36,310 bases of DNA from Polymyxa betae A26-41 (lineage: Eukaryota; Protista; Endomyxa: Phytomyxea). The translations under genes and the position numbers were made by a program. Shown here piece by piece: positions 22,701-34,172 of the stretch (position 1 is its first letter; each line of letters begins with the position of its first letter). The stretch is taken from contig RBZT01000830.1 in the NCBI GenBank assembly GCA_003693705.1, forward strand, positions 1 to 36,310, given 5' to 3'. The notes under the pieces were generated by a model that saw nothing but the letters and a program-made list of their open reading frames with translations, did no database searches and was not told the origin of the DNA.

Positions 22701-24493
22701 TTGAAATCCGGATTCATAGGTTCGAATCCAACAGTAGGAAAACAACATGAATCTGAGCGTTTTTTTAGGAGTCGTTAGCAATTATTCGTCGCGCAGTCCA
22801 ACGAAAGATTCGGCAGTTTCCGGGTAATTTGTCTATCTGTTTTTGGTCGAAACTAATGCAGAAATTAGGCTGTTGGCAAGTTCTGGAGAGCACCCTACCA
22901 GTAGCAAAGTGAATTTCGGATTTGTTGCCCGAACTCAAGCAGAACATTGCGAAACGATCAGCTTAGAAGTATGGGCTTGCGATTATTGACCAGTATTACT
23001 GATTTCTAACGTAGGCCCTGGTGGCAATGATGGGGCTTGAGATATCGTTTGATCATTTGCCGAGCGAAATTCGACCAGAGGCGTCGTTAATTGAATCTGC
23101 AAAGTCGAAACTCGAACTGCAGCCGAGAGCTTGCGATATCTGTACTAAACCGTTATCAAGTTTCAAGGACGTCCATCGTTTAGGTATCAATAATCGTCAA
23201 AAGTTAATCTGGCTTATTCTTATACAGATGGAAAGACTTTATGCCTCGATGATTATTTGAGCCAATGCGTTGATTGCGAAGTTTGCAAGAATAAGTTCAC
23301 TGACGCCGCAAGTACGAAATGGCTGATGTCTGGCAGTCGTGTCCACAAATCCTGTGCTGTCTGCTCGGAATGTCCAGGTGCATTTGACACGAACTAACAG
23401 CTGAGTCTGAGTTTATCTAGGTGCATCATTGGATTGCGAATCTGCTGAAGTAGAATGGCAAGGGTTGTTGTATTGCAAAACACATTTCAAATCGCTCTTC
23501 TGGAAATCGTGTTCAGCGTGCGAGAAAGTCATCGTTGGCAAATTTATTGATGTCGCTGGTCATGCTTACCATCAGCAATGCGTCTGTTGCGACGTCTGCA
23601 AATCGAGCCTCAACGATGACACTAATCCTGTCATCATGCTGCCTAATTGCAATAGCATATTCTGTGAAAATGACGCTCGTGTGCGGATGCTCGATCAACA
23701 ATGCGGTTTATGCCAACAAGGTAAACTTCGTATCGACGTTTTACTGGTTATGGTTAACGCTGATCAGACATTTGGGACGACGACCGTGAAGATTCCATTC
23801 AAATCTTTCCATATCGATTTCACATAAAATGTGTCTCCTGTACGGTGTGCGGAAGTTCACCCTCGAAATCGAATTATGCTGAGAACCCGTTCTATTTGAA
23901 CAGACAAGATCCTGTTGTTATTGTGTGTAGCACACATTCAGCTGTAAGGATTAGATCACTGAATCTCGCAATTACTCACTGATGTTAGGCTTACAAACAG
24001 ACAGACTGCTCGCAATGCGGAAAGAAAATAGAATCCGAACTGGACAAGACTCTAATTGGATCGCTATGCTATCATATCAACTGTGTTCAGTGTTCTGTAT
24101 GCAAATTGAGGTTTGTAATGTAATTGCTTGCAGCGGCTGTTTGCTCACTTGATTTACAGCTTAGTATTCAGAACTATCTACAGGCAAAACGGAAAGCTGG
24201 TCTGTAGAGCCGACTATGATGCCATGAAATCATCATCTGGATCGGAAAAGAAAGAATCGAAGAGAGCGACCTGTGAATCGTGTGGGTTGGAGATAAGATC
24301 ATCACGCGATGGCGTCAAAATCAAGGGCAAGAAACTGCATCAGGCTTGCGTTAAGTGCAGCGTTTGCAACGAACAGCTGGGCGTCGTCGGCCAGATCGTG
24401 TACATTCATCGCAGGCGGGTATTGTGCTCTGTGCACTACAACGAAGCGCGGGCTCGGACACCAGATCCCATAGCTGCTAGCCAGACATTATAA
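19776..24493 (+). CDS. Large multi-exon protein with a helical (BEACH-protein-like) N-terminal region and several C-terminal LIM domains
   Basis: Repeated LIM patterns from about 23130, e.g. CSACEKVIVGKFIDVAGHAYHQQCVCCDVC..L..IFCEND and CESCGLEI..KKLHQACVKCSVCNEQL..VLCSVHY. Upstream same-strand exons have short GT-AG introns. The start codon, and whether this is one gene or two, are uncertain. Confidence 0.75.
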
Positions 24494-24677
24494 TTTATAA
24501 TACAATAATACATCTATGATAACAAACATTCTATCTCAAAAACGAATGTCTTCAACGAAAACTTTTCCAAATGAAAGCTTTGCTGGGTCTCCGTGGCGGA
24601 CTGTCACAACCAATCGTCTTCATACTTGTTCTAAGCAGACGAGGTCAAAGACAGCGCTTGACGCCTGGTGTCCCGAG

Positions 24678-25808
24678 ATGCTGTTCAGCCCGCAACAGCT
24701 CGAATCGATTGATTTCAAGATTGAAGAGCCAGTACTCAAGGAGGTAGATCGACGTCTGGCTACCAGGAATGCCGATTCGCGTGGCATCTGCAAATACTTT
24801 ATGAAAGGGTTAGAAATACAAAAGAATGATTTCTTCTTTACAACTTGGACTAATTATTTTTCGGCTAGCGGGTGTAATAAAGCTGACTGTGAATTCAAGC
24901 ATTCTCGTGGAACCAGAGAAAAATCGGTTGTATGCAAACATTGGCTAAGGTCGATAGCGTCTCCTAGCAGCGATTGGAACCTTTGCTAAATAATTTTTTA
25001 GAGGCTTGTGCAAGAAAGACGAGCAATGTGAGTTTTTGCACGAATTTGATATGTCCAGAATGCCCATTTGCCATTTCTGGACGACCTACGGCGAATGCTC
25101 GAATCCTGATTGCCCTTTTTTGCATCTCAAACCCGAGGATCGAGTAAAAGACTGCCTTTGGTATTACCGGGGGTTCTGTAAACATGGTAAGCGAATTTCC
25201 TGCAATGCTAAAGCAATGCTGAAAGCTCTTGTAGGACCAAAATGTCGCAATCGTCATGTCAGAAACGAGCCTTGTGTTGATTACATGGCCGGATTCTGCC
25301 CGAAAGGATCTGACTGCAAATTCGGACAGTATGTCTTATTCTTCTGACAACACGAGGATTCATTCTGAAGTTTATTGGCAGTCCGAAATTCGATCTTCCA
25401 CTGGACGATAGCAGAGGGGGTTCCACGACTCCAGCGATCTGCACCCGGTGTAATAGTGTCGGGCATAAACCTCAGCAATGCCCGTTGAATGCCCAGCAGC
25501 CAGAACAGCATGTAGGGGTCCTTTTGCTCCGACTTTGCTGCGATTGAATACTGTTTCAGAGAGCTCCTCATCGGGATCTATCGGAGGTGACCTGCTATAA
25601 ATGCAACACCAAAGGACATTAGTAAGCGAGTATGGTCAGCTGTTCTTTGATCTCAATCGTGCTCAGTGCCAATGTCTGCCCGAACCCTCGTGCTTACACG
25701 AATCTTCATGGACAGAGCGGCGTGCCTCCACAATATGCTGCAGGCAGAGGCCATAAACCGATGTGGCATCATGGCGCTCCAGCACAGCATGTTCAACCTC
25801 ATTTATGA
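24678..25808 (+). CDS. CPSF4: Cleavage and polyadenylation specificity factor 30-kDa subunit (CPSF30/Yth1): five CCCH fingers plus two CCHC zinc knuckles
   Basis: [49 protein letters not shown]...CLWYYRGFCKHGPKCRNRH...CVDYMAGFCPKGSDCKFGHPKF. Knuckles are CTRCNSVGHKPQQC and CYKCNTKGHYANVC. All six GT-AG introns are in frame. Confidence 0.95.
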
Positions 25809-26555
25809 AGGGTCGTCCAGGTCTATCACAGGCATCTCACATCATTATTGCTTAGAATTTATTTATATTAACGGAGTGCTTAATCAGCAAGCACTCTGCA
25901 ATTCCAATTTATATCAATACAGCCTATAGATGGCTAGCCTCCGCTTTTTGTTTTTCAACTTTCATTGATATTGTCCTGGATGAACGAGGTCGTCGTTGTT
26001 TGCTGCAAAACTGATGCAGGGCGCAACGATGCCAGTTTGCATCTGACTTTAAATTCCAGTTGAAGTTGCCATCACAAACAAGTACATAGATCCTCCCATT
26101 GTATTGAGGCTGAAGTCTATTTCTATAAACTTACCTGAAATAATTCCTAAAATGATTGCTTTACGACCACTTTCACCCTCCAAGTTCTATTCCTTTCTCT
26201 TTGCTGTCTGCTTTCTATTGATCACTAAGCACATCTCGTCCTAACATTGGATCATGACTGTCTCAAGTTCTTGAACAATTCGGTATGCCTGCTCATATGA
26301 AAAACATTGAAACTCTTACAAGAGCGTCTCCTTCTTGGCGTCGGCTGACAGAATGCTACAAGTGTCAAAAAAATGCGGTTGATCAGGAAGCGCGCCGAAT
26401 TTAAACTGGGAGACGTCTCATAAGGAGGACGAATTTCTAGGTAAGCCTATCTGCGGCGGTTCACAGCGCTTTCCATTCTGTGACCGACTCCAAACAAATT
26501 ATTGCTAAGGGGTGTCGCCTTCATATCATTTCCCAGGTGGCAAATTTCTGCCGAT

Positions 26556-27675
26556 ATGAAGAGGCAAGCCTTGTCAGCTGTTAATACGAATTTATCGCGA
26601 GCTGAGCAGCTTGCACAATGGAAGGTTTGGAATAATTCAAACAGGTCAATTAGGAGTCTGAACACTCAATCAGGAAGCGAAAGCCCATGCAGCGGATGCG
26701 AAGAAAAGGCCACGAACCACTGAAACCACTTCGGACGATTGGATGAAAAAGTTGAGAACCATGAAGGATTCGATTAGAGAGAAGGACGCCAAAATTGAAG
26801 AGCTTCGAAATGAGATTGAGACGGTAAAATCCCTTAGAGCCTCCATGTATCGCTGAAAGTTGCTAGCAAACGAACACAATCAATGCAATGACCGATAAGG
26901 TCTCAAGGCTGGAAGACATTCGATTCAAGATGGAGGCTGATAGCGAAGCACTCCATCTCAATATTCAACAATTGAAGAGTAGTCTGAGAAAGAGCGTCCT
27001 TGAGCACGAAGACAGCCAGGAAGCGATTAGGGCGCTTAAACAGGTAAATCAATAACAGCGTGATTCTAATATTTTATTGATTCAAGACAGAAATGTGACG
27101 TGGTTCCTGCATTACAGTCGCATATTGCAGAGCTTGCTCTGTTAAACAAATGTTTACGAGAGTCGCCATCATTACAACCTGCTTTAGAATCGAGCCCTAA
27201 AACACCTAAAGTAACTTTCCCGGATAAGAAACTCGCTGATGTATTCGAATCCGAAAAGGTTGATTACAAACTTGATCGTACCAAGACTAATCTTGGCTAG
27301 ATGGCACTACAAGCTGAAATCAAAGCGTTGAAATCGAGTAATGAGTCTTTGCAGCATCGTTGCGAAGAGTTGCAGTTCACTAAGCAATTGCTTTTACAGC
27401 AGAACGCCGAACTACTTGAAAATGCCATGAAATATGTAATCTGTCAAATGATATGTCGAATTTAACAACTGAAATGGAACAAGGTTGCAAAGAAGAACGA
27501 AGAGAATCGGTCGGAGAGGGAAGCTGAGCGAAACGAGTTAACATCAGCGATGAGTTCAATGGAGGCAGAGCTCACCGAAAGCCTAGATAAAAGTTTGAAG
27601 AAGATTGTCGAACTCCAGCAGGAGATTGCTGAGCTTCGACAACAGCAGGAACTGACCAATCGCAATAAGCATTGA
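26556..27675 (+). CDS. Multi-exon coiled-coil protein of unknown function
   Basis: MKRQALSAVNTNLSRAEQLAQWK spliced to EAKAHAADAKKRPR...IREKDAKIEELRNEIET. Heptad-rich E/K/L exons with short GT-AG introns. Stop at 27673-27675. Confidence 0.7.
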
Positions 27676-28484
27676 TATACGATGCTTAACGTTGAATATC
27701 AACGCTGAGATTGCACCGTTTTCAGCCATCTGTCTATCTCGAAGTAAATATTTCATCAGCATAAAAAAGACGATTCATCTATCTTGATTAACTGATTGCG
27801 GCATCTGGGGATTAAGTCGTCTCAGCGAAGATTGGAGTCAGAAATCGGGTTGGATTGATCCTTGAAGCCACTTTACGTCTTTGCCAGTCCTTCAAAACTT
27901 AGTTGTGAAAGTTTCACAAGGGCATCGGTAATAATCTAATGCGAAAAAACATATCAGAGATTGTGTGTTGAAGACCCTCAAAAATTTTTAGCCAGCTGTA
28001 TACCTATCCCGTCGTTTGTGCTATTCCAGTTAATCTGTAGAAGCACTTAATTTATTCAAAGGTTCACGTGAGAGATAAGTTGAAGTGGAAAGCCTTTTCT
28101 ATTATGAGCAAAAAATGGTGCGGGCTTCATATCATGAGTCGCTATTGGTAAATAGAGAGATCTCTACAACGTCACGATGTCGATTCGTCCTCCAAGGCCT
28201 TCGTCATGGACCGCAACACTGATACGGTCCCAACTTTTCATCAACAATCGCTGCCGGCTGTGCAGGTGTATTGTACAGTTGCCGCTGATGTGGCAGACTG
28301 ACTAAAAATCAACGAACTAACGCTGCGTGAGAATCACATTTACCTGAGCCAATCCGGCTGCCCTCGTCAAAACTGGTTGAGCAAAAAACCCCTTGTCGGG
28401 TTCTTTCAACGTTGAGCAGGCCCTTCGGAACATCGGTATGTTCAGCGAGCGGGATATGCCAGAAAGGAACTATTTAAGCAGTTA

Positions 28485-28841
28485 GAGCAAGGTTACCGGG
28501 CGCAGTTATCGTTATCGTTATTTTTAATGATTAGTTAAATTAAATATAACGATTCTGCGCGGGTTTTGCACCGGTAGTTTAAATTGCAATCTAGCTAAAA
28601 TATCTGTTTCATGGATCCAAGTTCTTTCTTCCAGCAATTTCATCCAGACAATTACTGTTCTGAAGATGATGAGTGTAGCGATGAGGAGATGATCATTCAA
28701 TTGCTGATGGAAGATTCGTCCAGTCAAGAGGATACGAATTTTGCTCGTAAGCGCCGTCGGTCTAACAAAGATCGTCGTCGGGTTCTTTATGATAAACTTC
28801 TTCATGAAGATTATTGGGGTATGTCATGCCCATTGAGCATG
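28485..28841 (+). mobile_element. 5' end of a probable PIF/Harbinger transposon, truncated by the assembly gap
   Basis: TTA immediately precedes GAGCAAGG, consistent with a Harbinger/Tourist-type TWA target and terminus. The ORF from 28611 has an acidic N-terminus, then RKRRRSNKDRRRVLYDKLLHEDYW, which resembles the R-rich...L..DYF motif at the start of Harbinger transposases. The other terminus is not seen. Confidence 0.55.
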
Positions 28842-28900
28842 NNNNNNNNNNNNNNNNNNNNNNNNNNNNNNNNNNNNNNNNNNNNNNNNNNNNNNNNNNN
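28842..28900. other. Assembly gap (59 N)
   Basis: Run of N; contiguity across it is unverified. Confidence 1.
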
Positions 28901-28933
28901 TGCTGACGATTCCTATAGGGGAAGAGCCCTAAC

Positions 28934-29326
28934 TGTAACGGACTGCGCGGGTCCCCTCGTCTCCCTACTATGAATGGCGAGGAGCGGCCTCCACGCAACC
29001 ATTCCGATCAACTCCAAAATTCATACGTTTCTCATCTCGTCTCCGACTCTCTATTGCTTCGTTCTCTCGCCTCGCCTCACCTCCGACTCCCCTCCGACCT
29101 TCGTCTCCGCTCCGCCTCCGTCTCACCGGCACCGCTCCGTACGTCCTTCCTACGCTCCACTCCGACCCTTTCTCCGCTCCACTCCGTGCCCCGCCGCTCC
29201 GCCTCCGAGGACTCCCTGACGTCGCTCCGTTGCAGGACACCTGTCCCCCGCGTCCTACCCTCTGCTCCCGAGTCATCGCACCGCTTATCTAACCAATAAA
29301 AGGGGACTTTTTACTCGATCCTAACA
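28934..29326 (+). mobile_element. Solo-LTR-like segment (393 bp)
   Basis: Begins TGTAA and ends TAACA, with AATAAA about 30 bp before the end and internal CTCCG-rich low-complexity repeats. The flanking 5-mers ctaac/ataag match at only 3/5. Confidence 0.45.
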
Positions 29327-29532
29327 ATAAGCCGCCTTCACGATGATCGATGGGTCGCGCCGAGCGGAAAGGGAGCTCCGAGAGTACTGCATCGCTTGCC
29401 TCCATAATGATTTTGGTGTGATCTGAACACAGTGACAAGCAGAATGACTGAATTATGGCGTCCAGAGTCTCTTATATAAGGGATCTTATATTAAGGCAGG
29501 AACCATATATTCCATCGCCACCAAGTCCTGTT

Positions 29533-29835
29533 TCCCTCTTCAGCATAAACGCCACAGGCAAAGCCACCGAATTAATACATGTTTTTCCAATACAGACCCC
29601 GAGTGAATTGCTCTAATTGAACAAATGAATAACAGCTCATTGCAAAAAATGGCGTTCCTACGATTCAATTCGGAATTTTGGTGTCCCTCTTCAGCATAAA
29701 CGCCACAGGCAAAGCCACAGAATACATGTTTTTTCCATACAAACCCCGAGTGAATTGCTCTGATTAAACAAATGAAAACAGTTCATTTACAAAAAGAAAA
29801 TGGCCCTCGTACGTTAAAGTTCGCAATATGGTGCA
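29533..29835. repeat. Tandem duplication with ~151-bp period
   Basis: ccctcttcagcataaacgccacaggcaaagccac starts at 29534 and 29685; both copies continue with aatacatgttttt...accccgagtgaattgctct...aacaaatgaa. Confidence 0.9.
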
Positions 29836-29902
29836 TTTTTCGGAGACAGCTGTTGCCCCTTTTTCTTGGCACCATAACATGCACCAGTTCAGCTCCCTTC
29901 GA

Positions 29903-29955
29903 TACATTCAGGCCTATTTAGATTTTTTTCTAAATTCTAAATAGGCCTGAATGTA
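29903..29955. repeat. Perfect 20-bp inverted repeat with 13-nt spacer, TA at both ends; possible minimal Tc1/mariner remnant
   Basis: TACATTCAGGCCTATTTAGA (29903-29922) and TCTAAATAGGCCTGAATGTA (29936-29955). Confidence 0.8.
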
Positions 29956-30052
29956 CCCGAAGTCTGTGAAGCACCAAGCAGAATTAAATGCTCAGGTATG
30001 GGTCAATTTTTTGAAGAATCATCATAAACTCTTCCCAACTGCGTAATGCATT

Positions 30053-30920
30053 TTAAAAAACTCGTAAGGTTTCGAGATTTGCAATTCGTTCCAACATGCG
30101 AGGTTGAGCATCAGGACAGTCATGAGCAATGAAGATATCAGTCGCCAGGCCCCTTGGGTCGCCAGAAATCCGGCCGCATACAGCCGGGATCCACCAACTG
30201 TGCTCCTTCGGAACACAGTCGGGGATCCCGTGCTCCGGTGAAAGTATAAAGATCCCGGTGCGCGCATTTGGTCTCGCCGACATAAACGATGGGCGATCGA
30301 AATTTGATCGCTTAGCAGGGCTGTCCATGCGCGCGGGCGTCGTCAAGAACGTAATCGCGGACTGTTCGGGGATCTTCATGCGGAGCGCAATCAGACCCCC
30401 GAACACGCATTTTACTACTAGCTCAGCAGCGCCTTCTTCCGTGTAGGCGTGGTCCGGATTGCGCCCTGGCAGCAAGGTCAGGGCAGCCTGCCGGAGACTC
30501 TCCAGCTCTTCCTCCTGTTCGGAGTCAGGACCGGAACCCGGTCCGGTAAGGCTGCATTGGCCGCACGGACCAGCTCGAGCTTTCGAGAGAAACGCTGAAC
30601 CTCTTTCGAAGCGATCCGAACTGGATCAGCCTCTCGAGAGGCATAGCGCGCTCTCTTCTGCTGAGCCACGGCTCTCTCGGAAACTAACACCATCTATTTT
30701 GAATTCAGCATTTCAGATTTTGTAGGCCCAGACGTGAAAAAACCTTTTTAAATTGTTCTGGAACGGTTTGATAGTTCCAAGTCTTGGTTTCAGTGATGAT
30801 GTAGTCCGGATATAACATTCGGCCTTCCTTGCTCAGGAGGTGGCGCTTCAATTTTTGCATCTCCGGGAATTCCCGGCCGTCGCAGCCGCAGATATAGAGG
30901 GTGCTGGTCGATCGAGGCAT
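30053..30920 (-). pseudogene. Frameshifted gene of unknown function with a zinc-finger-like N-terminus, probably TE-associated
   Basis: MPRSTSTLYICGCDGREFPEMQKLKRHLL... is followed by a ~50-nt GT-AG intron leading to ORF 30478..30693. A frameshift near 30540 then leads into DSEQEEELESLRQAALTLLPGRNPDH... (ORF 30053..30475). Confidence 0.4.
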
Positions 30921-33394
30921 TGCAACTCTGGACGAATCGATGTGTGTATGATGTGTGTAGATGCCGCGGCTCACGGAGCGCAGCCCATAACCATAACTGT
31001 GCATGACAGCAATCCCGTGTTACCATGCTTCCTCTGTCACTTCAAAAATTAAAGATTTTTTATTGTATTTAATAACACAGTGTAGCTTTAAGAGGAATTC
31101 AAGCGCACCCTAAACCAGAAATAAAACAGAGCTGGTTTTCGATAGTATCTGATGATGAATGGTTAATGTGCTCTCTATATAGTTTCGAAATGCAATATCG
31201 TAGTCTATCTCCGCTTTCTCAGTTACAGAGATAGCTGACTAATTGTTTTATAACAAATTTTATATGCTCTGCTCGATTCCTTTCGTCGAGATCTGTCGAT
31301 CAATGCATCTTTTGTCCAGTTTTGGGTCTAACTGGATGGGCAAGATTCAAAATCATTGATCTCCTCACAAATGTGTCGAGTTAAAGATGTCCCATACCAT
31401 ACTGAATTGTAGTTCAAGTCTCCGGTTTGGACAAGGCCATATGGAATTTCGTATTTTAGTGAGAATTCTTTAATCTATAACACCGTGAGCGACTGATAGA
31501 AAGTGCGAGACGGCCGGGCCTGGTTCATCCAACCTCAAGATGCTCGGAACCTGTTGGCCAAGTGCGCCACGATCAAAGATCTAATGATCGACAGCAAAAG
31601 CAACCTGCTGGGCAAGTTCCGGGGTGATTTCGGCAGCCTTGACACACTGAAGTTGATTCAGCTGGCTGAGCAGCGACGATGGTGAGCGAGATGATGGTCA
31701 GCAGTATGATCTAATACTGCTTCATGATAATGACCAATTGACCATCTTGACCACAATCGAATGGTAAGTAGGCCGGTAACATCTTCGAATTAGAAATTCG
31801 TTATGGTGTTAAAGAGCGCAGCCCCCTACGGTACCATCCGGGGTCATTAAAACAGTGAGAAGGTTTTTTCTTGTCTGGCATAGTGGAATACAGTACGAGT
31901 AAGAGGAAGAAGAGAGCTCATTGAAGGCCGCCCAACCATACTGTAGAACTCGGAAAGGTTTCTTCGCGTTGCTGCTTGTGATCTATATATAGTCTCTTCA
32001 CCCAGAAATGTTTGATGCTCCATACAGGATAAGGCATTGGATTTTCAGACGCCTGGCTCGGGATGCACGGCACAGCCGGAGCGCTGGAAGGTATGCCCGG
32101 CCCCTGCCCGAACATGAAGACGACGAGGAGGGCGAGCGCGGCCCGAATACGCCACTCAGGTCGGGCACATGTTCCGGCCGCAGTTCGACGACGACTACCT
32201 GGTGTGCGTACTGGACCACGAACGTGTTCGTTTAAGCTTTCGTGGGCTGTATCAATTCCAACTGGATTTTAACGGGTCTGTGTAATATGTTATGGAGAAG
32301 GCGTGGCGGTTGACGTTTGCCCAAGAGCTGGATCCTGGGCGACCTTGGGATCGTCATCCCCAAACAGTATGGAAGGCGGATCTGCGTTCCTTCTTCTGTG
32401 ATGATCTGGGTCGCGGGTTTTCTCTGGCTGTTGCTGGTATTGGATGGGAACAACCAGCAGTTCAAAATCTTGAAGGAGACGGCTTTCAGGCGTCCTCGAT
32501 TACGATCCATAACCAGCGCTATATATCCATACAAATGTAACATGACCCCAGCTGATCTCCTGTCACCCTTTGGCAGAATGTTCGACTCGATAGAGCGCAG
32601 AGAGCAGCCCCAAACAAATTGACACTAAATATGGGTTAGGGTTTTGAAGGATAATGATTGAGGTCGCGATGACAAGCAGGAGCGGGTTCCTGTACGCGCC
32701 GTGAAGATGGTCCCGTTATGGGATTGTAGAGCGGGTGACCGTACGGTCGAAATTGAGAGGGGAGAGACGCAGCGACCCCGGTTTGTCGCAGAAATCTGTA
32801 ACGTCAATCGTACTGAATGCGTCGCGGACCTGTCGGATTCCAGAGCGATGTGAAGTACGGTAACAGTAGCGAAGATGCACACAATACAGTGCCGAGGACC
32901 GCGCACAGCCGCTTCATGTCCCAGGCCTGTGGCAGTTCTAGTTCACGTTACACGGTAACGTAAAGCTTTTGCAGACGATTGTAGAGAACTGAAAGTTGCA
33001 CTGTGCAAGAAAAGTTTGCGAACACTTGCAACATGAAAACAATGTGTTTTAATTGTGAAAAAATGACAAAAATATTTGAAGGTGAGCGTAGTCGTGGCCA
33101 AGGCTGGCGGGAACCTTGGCGGCGGGTTCGCAGGCGATCATCAGATGATCGCCTGTGATCATCTCAACAGAAACCCCGAACTCGAGCGATCGTGTTAAGA
33201 GCAATCGACGAAGTACAGCGTTCGATAGGGCAAAGCAAAGTGATTTCTGTATTAGAAGTGAATATAGTCGAAGACATCTGTGCTAGGCAGTCTCCAAATA
33301 GAGCTGACCGGGAATATTGTCTTAGTGAAATGGACCTCCATAGAGGCCCCCATACTATTAGGTGGCACAGTTTGACAAGTGAATTTATATAGGG

Positions 33395-33578
33395 ATTATG
33401 ACTTATGCGAGCACAATAGAAAGCGGGAATATTGTAAAGATTGTTGTATCATAATTCTCAAATTTGAGAGCACAATAAAATTCGTGAATTATGTAAAGAA
33501 TGCTCTCCAGTTCTTTGTAATATTTGTGGGAGTATTTTATGAAAAAACGTATAAAAAGACATTTGAAATCACACAATA
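33395..33578 (+). pseudogene. Degenerate Cys/His-repeat fragment (CEHxxxRxxCKxC x2 plus CxxCG...RHLKSH)
   Basis: AT-rich patch reading LCEHNRKREYCKDC, then in a shifted frame QI*EHNKIRELCKECSPVLCNICGSI, then KKRIKRHLKSHNK. Confidence 0.55.
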
Positions 33579-33829
33579 AATTTCGTAACGGCAGGCTAAT
33601 ATTCCGGTCTTGACATCGTCTTGCGAACACTCTGCGCATCATGGACGATGAATACTGATAAACTAGCGATTGCGGCAAACACCGATCATAGTTCCAAAAC
33701 TACAGTATTATCTCGACTATGGAGGTCAATTGGTGGCGACCCCCGAGTCACAAAGTGGTTTATAGTCCTGGAAGCTGGAATATAGAAATTTGGCCGCCAC
33801 TTCGCAGATGAATTCAGGAGCTTTCATTC

Positions 33830-33995
33830 ACCTCAACCTTCTTTCGTTTCGACTATTATCGATAGGTTCCGGCAATGGACGCTTCAAACACTATTACCAC
33901 GAGTCTCATTGCTGTTGCCACGGGTCTCATTGGTGTTTTCCTCGGAGTACCCAAACTCTTACAAAAATGGCCAACAACGGTAATTGAAATCCCAG
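33830..33995 (+). mobile_element. Possible retroviral-type integrase core remnant
   Basis: Frameshifted pieces TIIDRF, GVFLGVPKLLQ and NNG occur in the order expected for the rve core (TIIDRF...FGVP..L.SDNG.EF). Heavily decayed. Confidence 0.3.
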
Positions 33996-34172
33996 ATTTT
34001 GATGACGCTTTCTTCTAAACCCTAACTCCGGACTCAACGATAGCGGATCCAAAATTGTTCCTCTCTTCCGACTTCTCATGTTTGCTTTCGGATTTTATTG
34101 GATTTTGAAGAGCCCTAACTGCAGCTTCAAATGATGTCTATAACACTAGACTAACACATACTGCAACGTGTA

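Noticed and set aside
25930-26480. Possible small minus-strand gene between CPSF30 and the coiled-coil gene
   Set aside because: Splice-like signals are present, but no consistent open frame could be assembled.
27780-28350. Minus-strand exon-like fragments
   Set aside because: Every frame tried contains stops and no family was recognised, so it cannot be supported as a gene.
32536-32951. TGTAAC...GTTACA-bounded segment as an LTR
   Set aside because: No target-site duplication, PBS or PPT, and no second copy in the window.
33120-33150. Hammerhead ribozyme core (CTGATGA on the minus strand)
   Set aside because: There is no GAAA after a proper stem II and no stems I/III; the motif is simply part of the palindrome.
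28921-34121. Shared 15-mer gaagagccctaactg at 28921 and 34107
   Set aside because: One 15-mer match in 36 kb is close to chance expectation, and the similarity does not extend.
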